A stretch of 64,000 bases of DNA from Bacteroidales bacterium (GTDB lineage: Bacteria > Bacteroidota > Bacteroidia > Bacteroidales > JAEINX01). Where the stretch lies: assembly GCA_016342645.1 (NCBI GenBank), contig JAEINX010000004.1, forward strand, positions 4,363 to 68,362. The letters are read 5' to 3'. This document shows, piece by piece, positions 18,017 through 26,939 of the stretch (its first letter is position 1; each line of letters starts with the position of its first letter). A program made the position numbers and the translations under genes. The notes under the pieces were generated by a model. That model worked only from the letters and a program-made list of their open reading frames with translations, had not been told where the DNA came from and made no database searches.

Positions 18017-19159
18017 ATGGAAAAATTAAAAGTATTAGTAGTTGATGATGAGCCGGGAATTCGCTCAGGAATTGAAAGAATTTTAAGGAATTATACTGTC
18101 GGATATCCGTTTATGGACGAAGATTTCCATTTTGAAATGATTGAAGCAGAAACAGGCGAAAAAGCAATCGAAATTATTGATAACGATCAAGTCGATATTA
18201 TTTTGCTTGACAATAAATTACCCGGAATTCACGGCATCGAAGTACTCGAATATATCAATAAAAAGCAATACGATGCTCAGGTTATGATGATAACTTCTTA
18301 TGCTTCGCTCGATCTTGCTGTGAAGGCAACAAATAACGGAGCATTCAATTTTGTGCCTAAACCTTTCACTCCACAGGAATTAAAAGCTGCGATGGAGAGC
18401 ATTACAAAGCATCTTTTTCTTGAAAGGATGACTCGAAAAATGAACCAAGAAGGCAAACAAATCAGATTTCAATTTTTGTCTGTCTTGTCGCATGAACTTA
18501 AATCACCTATCAACGCCATCGAAGGATATTTGCGAATCATGCAGGAAAAACAGGTTGGCGAAAATATTAATGATTACCAAAGAATGATAGCCAGATCAAT
18601 GGAACGCCTCAACGGTATGCGAGGATTAATAATGGATCTTTTGGATCTTACAAAATTAGAACCCGGAAAAAAAAGGAACTTGAAAAATATCGATATTTCT
18701 GAAATTGCTAAAATTTGTGTTAATACAATGGAACCTTTGGCTATTCAAAAAAACATCAAAATATTTGTTGATATCGATCATGAGATTTACTTTCCGGTCG
18801 ATAATACCGAAATGGAAATAATTTTTAATAATCTTATTTCTAATGCAGTAAAATATAATAAAGATAATGGCGAAGTTCATGTTAGTCTAAAAAATAATAT
18901 TAATTCAATCAAAATATTGGTTGAAGATACAGGTATCGGAATGTCGGATGATGAAATTTCCAAACTTTTCCATGAATTTGTTAGAATAAAAAATGTTAAA
19001 ACGAAAAATATTACCGGAAGCGGACTTGGATTATCAATAGTGAAAAAACTTGTAGATGTTTATGATGGAAAGGTTATGGTTTCGAGTGTTCCCGATAAGG
19101 GTAGTAAGTTCGAAATAGAATTACCAATACATAGAATTACCAATACAATGAATGAATGA
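18017..19159 (+). CDS. Receiver-histidine kinase fusion (REC-HisKA-HATPase)
   Basis: 380 aa. VLVVDDEPGIRSG, DIILLDNKLPG and FVPKPF in the receiver. H-box LSHELKSPINAIEGY. N box NLISNAVKYN, then DTGIGM and GSGLGLSIV. Confidence 0.85.
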   Translation: MEKLKVLVVDDEPGIRSGIERILRNYTVGYPFMDEDFHFEMIEAETGEKAIEIIDNDQVDIILLDNKLPGIHGIEVLEYINKKQYDAQVMMITSYASLDLAVKATNNGAFNFVPKPFTPQELKAAMESITKHLFLERMTRKMNQEGKQIRFQFLSVLSHELKSPINAIEGYLRIMQEKQVGENINDYQRMIARSMERLNGMRGLIMDLLDLTKLEPGKKRNLKNIDISEIAKICVNTMEPLAIQKNIKIFVDIDHEIYFPVDNTEMEIIFNNLISNAVKYNKDNGEVHVSLKNNINSIKILVEDTGIGMSDDEISKLFHEFVRIKNVKTKNITGSGLGLSIVKKLVDVYDGKVMVSSVPDKGSKFEIELPIHRITNTMNE

Positions 19160-19239
19160 GTGAATGAGTGAATGAATGAGAGAATGATTGAATAAAAGAA
19201 TAAAAAATACACTAACCTTAAATTATAAATAAAAAAGAA

Positions 19240-20667
19240 ATGGAATTTAAACCGGAAAAATATTCAATAGAAGATGAATCAATGAAACCCTTTATTGATG
19301 CCGGTGAAATTTGTGATTATATCAATAATGCCAATCCGACAAAAGAAAGTGTTAGAAAGATCATTGAAAAATCATTAAACAAAAATCGGTTAAACCTTCA
19401 GGAAGTAGCCGTGCTTGTTAACACCAACGATCCCGAACTTGTTGAAGAAATCAAAGCCGGTGCAAAGAAACTTAAAGAAAATGTTTATGGAAACCGGATA
19501 GTTTTGTTTGCGCCTTTATATGTTGGGAATTTGTGTTTGAACGATTGCAAATATTGCGGATTTAAATCATCAAACAAAAACGCTGTTCGTAAAACTTTAA
19601 GCAAAAACGAATTAATAGAAAACGTTAAAGCTCTTGAAGAACAAGGACAAAAAAGATTGATACTTGTTTATGGTGAACATAAAAAATATTCTCCTGAGTA
19701 CATTGCCGAAACCGTTCGCACGGTTTATGACGTTAAAATTGGGAATGGCGAAATTCGTCGAATAAATATAAATGCTGCACCTCTTGATATTGATGGGTTT
19801 AAAATTGTTAAAGAAGCTGGAATTGGAACTTATCAGGTTTTTCAGGAAACTTATCATCCCGAAGCATTTAAAATTTATCATCAAAAGGGAGCCAAAGCCA
19901 ATTACCCAAATCGGCTGACTGCTCTTGATCGAGCTCAAGTAGCTGGAATCGACGATGTTGGAATTGGAGTTTTGTTCGGACTTTACGATTGGAAGTTTGA
20001 AATTCTTTCATTGATCCGACACACAAATCATCTTGAAGCTTGCTATAATGTTGGCCCACACACAATTTCATTCCCTCGCTTGCAAGATGCCTCCGAAAAT
20101 GATATTGATGAAAAGTATAAAGTTTCGGACGAGGATTTTACAAAAATTGTTGCCATTCTGAGGCTTGCTGTTCCTTACACAGGTTTGATTTTAACTGCTC
20201 GCGAACCCGAAAATATTCGAAAAGAAGTCTTGCAATATGGTTGTTCACAAATTGATGCCGGCACAAAACTCGAAATTGGAGCTTATGCCGAAAGCCCTGA
20301 AATTGACCAAAATCTAAACAAAGAACAATTTTTAATCAACGATTCAAGAACTTTAAATGAAGTTATTGATGAACTGGTTAATGATGGGTATCTTCCTTCT
20401 TTTTGTACGGCTTGTTACAGGCTGGGAAGAACAGGTGAACATTTTATGGAATTTTCGGTTCCCGGTTTTATTAAACGATATTGTACACCAAATGCTATAT
20501 TAACATTAACTGAATATCTTATCGATTATGCAAAACCCGAAACAGCTAAAAAAGGATGGAAAATCATTGATGAGAATATTAATAAAATGAGTGATAGTAA
20601 AAGAAAAGCTGAAGTCATAAAAAGGATAGAAAAAATTAAAGCGGGAGAACGTGATTTGTATTTTTAA
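19240..20667 (+). CDS. hydG: [FeFe]-hydrogenase maturase HydG (radical SAM tyrosine lyase)
   Basis: 475 aa. Radical-SAM motif CLNDCKYCGF, ThiH-like core, and a C-terminal cluster region with SFCTACYR. Confidence 0.9.
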   Translation: MEFKPEKYSIEDESMKPFIDAGEICDYINNANPTKESVRKIIEKSLNKNRLNLQEVAVLVNTNDPELVEEIKAGAKKLKENVYGNRIVLFAPLYVGNLCLNDCKYCGFKSSNKNAVRKTLSKNELIENVKALEEQGQKRLILVYGEHKKYSPEYIAETVRTVYDVKIGNGEIRRININAAPLDIDGFKIVKEAGIGTYQVFQETYHPEAFKIYHQKGAKANYPNRLTALDRAQVAGIDDVGIGVLFGLYDWKFEILSLIRHTNHLEACYNVGPHTISFPRLQDASENDIDEKYKVSDEDFTKIVAILRLAVPYTGLILTAREPENIRKEVLQYGCSQIDAGTKLEIGAYAESPEIDQNLNKEQFLINDSRTLNEVIDELVNDGYLPSFCTACYRLGRTGEHFMEFSVPGFIKRYCTPNAILTLTEYLIDYAKPETAKKGWKIIDENINKMSDSKRKAEVIKRIEKIKAGERDLYF

Positions 20668-20716
20668 TTAATAATAAAGATAGTGCCATGTGATATGGTA
20701 GTTTTGTTTGTCAATA

Positions 20717-20766
20717 AAAGCCATTCGGTTTTCATTATCTAAAATTGATTGCCGATGGCTTTTTTA
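20717..20766 (+). terminator. Possible terminator between hydG and hydF
   Basis: AAAGCCATTCGG ... CCGATGGCTTT arms (one bulged T) followed by TTTTT. The loop is about 23 nt. Confidence 0.35.
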
Positions 20767-20799
20767 AAATGTTAAACTAATTTGCTAAAAAATACTTCA

Positions 20800-22011
20800 A
20801 TGACAAAAGGAAAGGATTCAAAGCCGCATATCGGAATTTTTGGAAGAAGAAACAGCGGTAAAAGCTCTTTCATAAACTCAATTGTAGGACAGGATGTTGC
20901 AATAGTTTCTGAAAACGCCGGAACAACAACAGATCCGGTTAAAAAATCATTGGAAATTTTTGGTATTGGCCCTGCAATTATCATTGATACTGCCGGAATA
21001 GACGATGAAGGCAAGCTTGGAAAAATGCGTGTTGATAAAAGCCTGGAAGCAATAAAAACAGTCGATGCAGCAATTCTTATGATTTCGGAAAACTCATTCG
21101 ATGTTTATGAAATCGGTTTAATAAAAAGATTCAACAATCTTGACGTTCCTTTTCTAATTATTCACAACAAATCTGATTTTGAAGAAATTTCAAACAAAAC
21201 AATCGAAAAAATTGAAAACTACACCCAGTCTCCAATAATTAATTTTAGCGTTAAGCATCCCGATAAATCAGAAGAAGTTATAAATTTAATTAAAAAAATA
21301 ATTCCTGAAACTGCTTATCAATCAGTTTCACTTCTTGGAGATTTACTTTCAAAAGATGATATCGTACTTTTAATTACACCTATTGACTCGGAAGCTCCCG
21401 AAGGAAGAATGATATTGCCGCAAGTAATGGCAATCAGAGATATTCTTGATAACGAATGTGTTTCTATTGTTGTTACAGAAAAAGCAGTAAAACATTTTCT
21501 CGAAAAAACTAAAATTAAACCTAAATTAGCTGTTACCGACAGCCAGGCTTTTGAACTTGTCAAAAAACTCATCCCCGAAAATATTCCTTTAACAAGTTTC
21601 AGCATTGTTTTTGCAAGGATGAAAGGCAATTTTAAACAATATATTAAAGGCACAAAATTTATTCCCGAATTAAAAAACGGCGACCGAATTCTTATTCTCG
21701 AATCCTGTTCCCACAGAATTAGTTGTGAAGATATTGGAAGATATAAAATTCCAAAATGGCTAAGAAATTTTACAGGAAAATCATTAGAATTTGATGTTGT
21801 TTCCGGTTTGAATAAACTTGATCGCAATATCAATAAATATTCTATGGTTATTCAATGTGGTGGTTGTGTTGCCACACGAAAACAACTACAAAACAGATTG
21901 AAACCTGCGATTGATGCCGGAATTCCGGTTTCAAACTACGGAATGACAATTGCTTTTATTAATGGAATTTTTGAGCGTGCAATTATGCCATTTAAAAACA
22001 CAACATTTTAG
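20800..22011 (+). CDS. hydF: [FeFe]-hydrogenase maturase HydF (GTPase scaffold)
   Basis: The track ORF starts at a TTG (20782); I prefer the ATG at 20800 (MTKGKDSKPHIGIFGRRNSGKSS). G1 is GRRNSGKSS, G3 is DTAG, G4 is NKSD. The C-terminal cluster motif is CSHRISCEDIGR...QCGGC. Confidence 0.9.
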   Translation: MTKGKDSKPHIGIFGRRNSGKSSFINSIVGQDVAIVSENAGTTTDPVKKSLEIFGIGPAIIIDTAGIDDEGKLGKMRVDKSLEAIKTVDAAILMISENSFDVYEIGLIKRFNNLDVPFLIIHNKSDFEEISNKTIEKIENYTQSPIINFSVKHPDKSEEVINLIKKIIPETAYQSVSLLGDLLSKDDIVLLITPIDSEAPEGRMILPQVMAIRDILDNECVSIVVTEKAVKHFLEKTKIKPKLAVTDSQAFELVKKLIPENIPLTSFSIVFARMKGNFKQYIKGTKFIPELKNGDRILILESCSHRISCEDIGRYKIPKWLRNFTGKSLEFDVVSGLNKLDRNINKYSMVIQCGGCVATRKQLQNRLKPAIDAGIPVSNYGMTIAFINGIFERAIMPFKNTTF

Positions 22012-22096
22012 ATTGATGATTTATAAACCAAATCGAATACTTATGAATTTTCACACAAAATTAGACCAATCTAAAATAAAATATAAGCACCTAACA

Positions 22097-23218
22097 ATGA
22101 AACCTCGTTTGCATAAAATATTATCAAAAAAAAAGTTTGAAAAAAATGATATTGTTGAACTTTTATCAGAAACCGATTCTGTTGAAAAAAATAAGATTAG
22201 GCAAAAAGCTTACTCAATAAAACGTAAAAAGCTTTCCAATGCAGTTTATTTTAGAGGTTTAATAGAATATTCTAATATTTGTTCCCGCAATTGTTTTTAT
22301 TGTGGTGTAAGAGCCGGAAATACTCATGTTAATCGTTATCAGTTATCTGATAAAGAAGTTTTAGAAGCTGTTGATTATGCTTGGAAAAACAAGTTTGCCT
22401 CAATCGTAATTCAATCCGGTGAGCGCAAAGACAATGATTTTGTCAGGAAGATTGATAATCTTTTAAAAAAAATAAAACAAAACACAAACAACGAAATCGG
22501 GATAACATTATCTTGTGGCGAGCAAAGCGAAGAAACTTACAAAAAGTGGTTTGAAAGTGGTGCTCATCGTTATCTTTTAAGAATAGAAACCACTAACGAA
22601 AAATTGTTTAATAAAATTCATCCGGTTAATGAAGAAGTCAATTTCGCAAGCCGATTGAAGGCTCTTGAATTAATAAAAAAAACCGGTTACCAAACCGGTA
22701 CGGGAGTAATGATAGGTTTACCCTTTCAATTAATTGATGACCTTGCCAATGATTTGATGTTTTTTAAAGATTTCGATATTGATATGGTTGGGATGGGCCC
22801 GTATATTGAATGTAATAACACTCCTCTAAGCATTCATAACAATATTTTACAACCACTAAACGAAAGGTTTGAACTAAGTTTGTTAATGATTTCGGTTCTG
22901 AGAATTATGATGAAAGATATAAATATAGCAAGCTCTACAGCCTTGCAAGCAATTCATCCAATGGGCCGCGAAAAGGGATTACTCGCAGGTGCAAATGTTA
23001 TTATGCCAAATATTACACCTTTAAAACATCGAGTTGATTATTTATTATATAAATATAAACCCGGCACTAACGAAAAATGCGATACTGTAAAAAGTCGGCT
23101 CGAAAACAATATTAAATTACTCGACGAAGAAATTGCTTACGGCAAATGGGGCGATTCAAAACATTTTTTTGCAAAAAGAAAAAATAAATTTAATTCAGCA
23201 ACTCAAAGTGAAAATTAG
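22097..23218 (+). CDS. hydE: [FeFe]-hydrogenase maturase HydE (radical SAM)
   Basis: The track ORF (21950) overlaps hydF. The ATG at 22097 gives MKPRLHKILSKKKFEKNDIVELL..., colinear with known HydE N-termini. Radical-SAM motif CSRNCFYCGVRAGN, BioB-like core. Confidence 0.87.
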   Translation: MKPRLHKILSKKKFEKNDIVELLSETDSVEKNKIRQKAYSIKRKKLSNAVYFRGLIEYSNICSRNCFYCGVRAGNTHVNRYQLSDKEVLEAVDYAWKNKFASIVIQSGERKDNDFVRKIDNLLKKIKQNTNNEIGITLSCGEQSEETYKKWFESGAHRYLLRIETTNEKLFNKIHPVNEEVNFASRLKALELIKKTGYQTGTGVMIGLPFQLIDDLANDLMFFKDFDIDMVGMGPYIECNNTPLSIHNNILQPLNERFELSLLMISVLRIMMKDINIASSTALQAIHPMGREKGLLAGANVIMPNITPLKHRVDYLLYKYKPGTNEKCDTVKSRLENNIKLLDEEIAYGKWGDSKHFFAKRKNKFNSATQSEN

Positions 23219-23374
23219 CCCATATTTTTCATAATTTTTATAGTACACTGATTGGACTGATAAGACTGATTTGGAATTAAAAAATCTTAATCAATCATAG
23301 GAATCTAACGAAGCGAAGCAAGTCCGTATGGATAATCAGTGTACTATTTTGACTTTTGTTTTACAGAAAAACTA

Positions 23375-24484
23375 TTACGCCTTCTTGATAACTTCAATGA
23401 TTTTATCCTGTTCGCCTTTTCCTAAATATGGATACATAGGTAGGCTAAAAATCTGTTCCGCAACGCTCATGCTAACAGGGAAATCATTAGGTTTATGACC
23501 TAAATCAATAAAAGACTCCTGGATATGAATTGGTTTCGGATAATAAATTGCAACCGGAATACCTGCTTCATTAAGTTTTTTAATAATTTTTTCTCTATCG
23601 GGATGGAGAACAGAATATTGAGCCCATGCTGAAATATTATAATCGTGAATATAAGGAACTTTAACAACATCTTTCAATCCTTTGCTATAATAATTGGCAA
23701 CCTCTTGTCGTAGTTCAATTTCCTCGTCAAATATTTCCATTTTTGCCAATAAAACAGCACATTGCATTGAGTCAATTCTTCCGTTTATTCCAATTCTTAT
23801 ATTATCATATTTGTCGGTTCCTTGCCCGTGAACTCGAATCGAAAGAAGTTTTTCATAAAGATCATTATTGTTCAAAAATATCATTCCGCCATCGCCATAA
23901 CATCCCAAAGGTTTTGCCGGGAAAAAACTTGTTGCTGCAACATCGGCAAGTGAACAATTTTTTCGGTTTTTATATGAACCTCCAAAACTTTGTGCTGCAT
24001 CTTCTAAAACAAAAAGGCCGTATTTTTTAGCAATTTTGTTAATTTCATCATAATCGGCAGCCTGTCCAAATAAATCGACCGGAATAATTCCTTTTAGATT
24101 TAGTTTGCCCTCTTTCTTAACGCGAATAATTTCTTCTTCGAGTTTGGCAGGGTCAATATTAAAAGTATCAGAGTCAATATCAACAAAAACAGTAGTTGCA
24201 CCTGTTAGCTTTATAACCTCGGCAGTTGCAAAAAAAGTGAAGGGAACCGTAAAAACAGCGTCTCCAGGACCTACATCATAAGCCATTAAGGGCATTAGCA
24301 AGGCATCTGTTCCGCTTGCTACACCAATTGCTTGTCTAACTCCGACATAATCTGCGAGTTGGGTTTCTAATTGAGTAACTTCCGGGCCGAGAATATATTT
24401 TCCATGATCCAGAACTTTTGAAATATTTTTTTCGATTTTATCTCTAATTCTTCTTTGTTGTGCGTGTAAATCAATAAATTGCAT
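23375..24484 (-). CDS. DegT/DnrJ/EryC1/StrS-family sugar aminotransferase (PLP-dependent)
   Basis: I prefer the start at 24484 (MQFIDLHAQQRRIRDKIEKNI...), which removes the overlap with the upstream gene. Typical GPEV..LE, SGTDAL and FFPAKPLG motifs. Confidence 0.85.
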   Translation of the reverse strand: MQFIDLHAQQRRIRDKIEKNISKVLDHGKYILGPEVTQLETQLADYVGVRQAIGVASGTDALLMPLMAYDVGPGDAVFTVPFTFFATAEVIKLTGATTVFVDIDSDTFNIDPAKLEEEIIRVKKEGKLNLKGIIPVDLFGQAADYDEINKIAKKYGLFVLEDAAQSFGGSYKNRKNCSLADVAATSFFPAKPLGCYGDGGMIFLNNNDLYEKLLSIRVHGQGTDKYDNIRIGINGRIDSMQCAVLLAKMEIFDEEIELRQEVANYYSKGLKDVVKVPYIHDYNISAWAQYSVLHPDREKIIKKLNEAGIPVAIYYPKPIHIQESFIDLGHKPNDFPVSMSVAEQIFSLPMYPYLGKGEQDKIIEVIKKA

Positions 24485-24495
24485 ATATTTTAGTT

Positions 24496-25089
24496 TTATA
24501 TTTGTTTTACAATAATTCCTTTTTTTGTATAATTTCTTCCACATCTCGGGCAGCTTGAGGTTTCATTTGTTTTTGGCTCAATTGAAAGTGAGAGTTTTTC
24601 ACCACAGGCGCACATCCACCCGACTAATCTGGCAGGTAATCCTACTACCATACCATAATCAGGAATGCTTTTAGTAACTACCGAGCCGGCTCCCACAAAA
24701 GAATATTTTCCTAAAGTGTTTCCACAAACAATAGTAGCATTTGCACCAATTGAAGAGCTTTTTTTAACTAAAGTTTTATGATAAAATTCCGTACCGCTCT
24801 GGGGAAATTCGCATCTTGGGTCAATAATATTAGTGAAAACCATTGAAGGGCCACAAAAAACATAATCCTCCAATTCAACACCTTCGTAAACCGAAACATT
24901 ATTTTGGATTTTTACATTGTCTCCAATAATTACATTATTCCCAATATTTACGTTTTGCCCTAAAACACAATTTTTTCCTAAACATGATCCTTTTTGAACA
25001 TGCGAAAAATGCCAAATTTTTGTACCCTCGCCAATCACAACATTGTCGTCAACATAGGCACTTTCATGTTTAAAATATTTTTTTTCCAT
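24496..25089 (-). CDS. Hexapeptide-repeat sugar N-acetyltransferase (WbpD/WlbB-like)
   Basis: 197 aa. Left-handed beta-helix repeats (IGEGTKIWHFSHV, LGQNVNIGNNVIIGDNVKIQNNVSV) and a C-terminal CxCG...CPRCG tail. Paired with the aminotransferase. Confidence 0.8.
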   Translation of the reverse strand: MEKKYFKHESAYVDDNVVIGEGTKIWHFSHVQKGSCLGKNCVLGQNVNIGNNVIIGDNVKIQNNVSVYEGVELEDYVFCGPSMVFTNIIDPRCEFPQSGTEFYHKTLVKKSSSIGANATIVCGNTLGKYSFVGAGSVVTKSIPDYGMVVGLPARLVGWMCACGEKLSLSIEPKTNETSSCPRCGRNYTKKGIIVKQI

Positions 25090-25203
25090 GTATTTGATAT
25101 ATAATAAGTGTATATCTTTTGTGATGCAAAATTATAAATATTATCTAATTTTTATTTTAAAAATGTTTAATTTTGTCAACTTAATTTTAAAATTTTTTAA
25201 ATA

Positions 25204-25584
25204 ATGAATATTCCTGAAAATTTAAAGTACACAAAAGATCACGAATGGCTTCGTATAGAAGGAGATGAAGGATACATTGGTGTTACAGAATTTGCTCAAA
25301 AAGAGCTTGGTGATATAGTTTTTGTTGAGGTAGAAACACTTGAAGAGACTTTAGAAAAAGAAGAAGTCTTCGGTACAATTGAAGCAGTAAAAACAGTTTC
25401 AGATATGTTTATGCCTGTTTCCGGTGAAGTTGTCGAATTTAATGAAAGCTTAGAATCAAATCCTGAAATAATCAATACCGATCCTTATGGCGAAGGTTGG
25501 ATTATTAAAATAAAAATCACTAAACCTGACGAAATTAAAGAACTGCTTTCATCGGAAAAATATAAAGAAATTATCGAAGAGTAA
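25204..25584 (+). CDS. gcvH: Glycine cleavage system protein H
   Basis: 126 aa. YTKDHEWL and the lipoyl-lysine context EAVKTVSDMFMPVSGEV. Confidence 0.92.
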   Translation: MNIPENLKYTKDHEWLRIEGDEGYIGVTEFAQKELGDIVFVEVETLEETLEKEEVFGTIEAVKTVSDMFMPVSGEVVEFNESLESNPEIINTDPYGEGWIIKIKITKPDEIKELLSSEKYKEIIEE

Positions 25585-25593
25585 TTTTTTATA

Positions 25594-25992
25594 ATGCATC
25601 TGAAGAATTTTTTCCCTGTATTTTTATGGGTTTTAGTAATTCTTGTTCTTACGGGATTGCCCGGTAATTATTTTCCTCATATTACGAGTTTCTGGGATTG
25701 GCTATCACCGGATAAGTTGATTCATTTATTAATGTTTGCGGTTTTGGTTTTCCTGTTTATGATAGCTAACAGTAAACAATATAATTATAGAAATAAGCGT
25801 TATTATTATATAATTGGTTCTTTGTTTATTAGTATTTTTTTAGGAGCATTAACGGAAATTTTGCAAAAATTTGTTTTTATCGGAAGGCATGCAAATATTT
25901 ATGATTTTTATGCAAATACTCTCGGATGCTTTTTAGGAATTATTTTATTTTTTATAGTTCAAAAAAAAATAATAAAAAAAATTAAATCGTAA
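25594..25992 (+). CDS. VanZ-family membrane protein
   Basis: 132 aa with 4 TM helices and a DKLIHLLMF motif. Confidence 0.6.
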   Translation: MHLKNFFPVFLWVLVILVLTGLPGNYFPHITSFWDWLSPDKLIHLLMFAVLVFLFMIANSKQYNYRNKRYYYIIGSLFISIFLGALTEILQKFVFIGRHANIYDFYANTLGCFLGIILFFIVQKKIIKKIKS

Positions 25993-26056
25993 GATTATAA
26001 TTAATAATTTAGCAAATTAAAAAGGAATTTAACTTTTATAATATATACTTGAAATT

Positions 26057-26737
26057 ATGGAAGCAAAAAAATCAAAAAAAGCTGACCTTGAACACAAAAG
26101 GATAATTTTTATCCAAATCGGATTAATAATTAGTTTAGCAATTGTTTTATATGCATTTGAATATAAAACGTATGAAAAAAAGGAAATTGACTTCGGAGAA
26201 AGGATAATGGAGGATGTTACGGAAGAAATTATCCCAATTACCGAACAAAAAGTTGAGGTGCACAAAATCGTAGCTCCTAAAACAATTACCGTTATTAATA
26301 TTGTCGATGATGATGTTGAAATTGAGGATGATATTGATATTGATGTAGAGGCTGATGATAATACAGAAATCGAAGAATATGTTCCTATTGAGGAAGAAGA
26401 AGAGGCTGAAGAGCAAGAAATTTTTCTTGTCGTTGAATCACCTCCATCATTTCCGGGTGGTGAAGCTGCAAGAAAAAGATTTTTAGGCGAAAATCTAAAA
26501 TATCCTCAGATGGCAAAAGAAAGCGGAATTCAAGGAAAAGTATATGTTACATTTGTTGTTGAACCTAACGGTTCGGTTACCGGAATTAAAATTATACGTG
26601 GTATCGGCGGTGGTTGCGACGAAGAAGCTATTAGGGTAACAAAACTAATGCCTACATGGATTGCAGGAAAACAAAGAGGAAAACCTGTTCGGGTTCAGTT
26701 TAATATGCCAATTAAATTTACATTACAGCAACAATAA
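26057..26737 (+). CDS. Energy transducer TonB
   Basis: 226 aa. N-terminal anchor, acidic linker (EEEEAEEQE), and a C-terminal TonB domain (PSFPGGEAA...YPQMAKESGIQGKVYVTFVVEPNGSV). Confidence 0.8.
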   Translation: MEAKKSKKADLEHKRIIFIQIGLIISLAIVLYAFEYKTYEKKEIDFGERIMEDVTEEIIPITEQKVEVHKIVAPKTITVINIVDDDVEIEDDIDIDVEADDNTEIEEYVPIEEEEEAEEQEIFLVVESPPSFPGGEAARKRFLGENLKYPQMAKESGIQGKVYVTFVVEPNGSVTGIKIIRGIGGGCDEEAIRVTKLMPTWIAGKQRGKPVRVQFNMPIKFTLQQQ

Positions 26738-26755
26738 AAAAAATATAGATTTTAA

Positions 26756-26783
26756 AAACCGGTTTAATCACCGGTTTTTTTTT
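26756..26783 (+). terminator. Rho-independent terminator after tonB
   Basis: AAACCGGT-TTAATC-ACCGGTTT followed by a T-run. Confidence 0.65.
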
Positions 26784-26939
26784 GCATAAATTTTTGATCT
26801 GCTTCTAAGCGGAGGTTCAATATTATTTAACTGACATGACGAAATGATTTTTGAAGCAGAAATTCTTTGAAATCATTCAAATACCCTTATTCCCTTTATT
26901 TTCCATATTTCCTTCTCAAGCAAATATTTATTCATCGTT

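Noticed and set aside
19147-19194. A CRISPR-like or regulatory repeat array after the REC-kinase gene.
   Set aside because: The units are only 4-8 nt with no spacers. It is a simple microsatellite, reported only as a low-interest observation.
21950-22096. Upstream extension of hydE as given by the ORF track, overlapping hydF by 62 nt.
   Set aside because: The extension (MLLLMEFLSVQLCHLKTQHF...) has no HydE-like sequence and overlaps the well-supported HydF C-terminus. The ATG at 22097 gives an N-terminus colinear with known HydE proteins.
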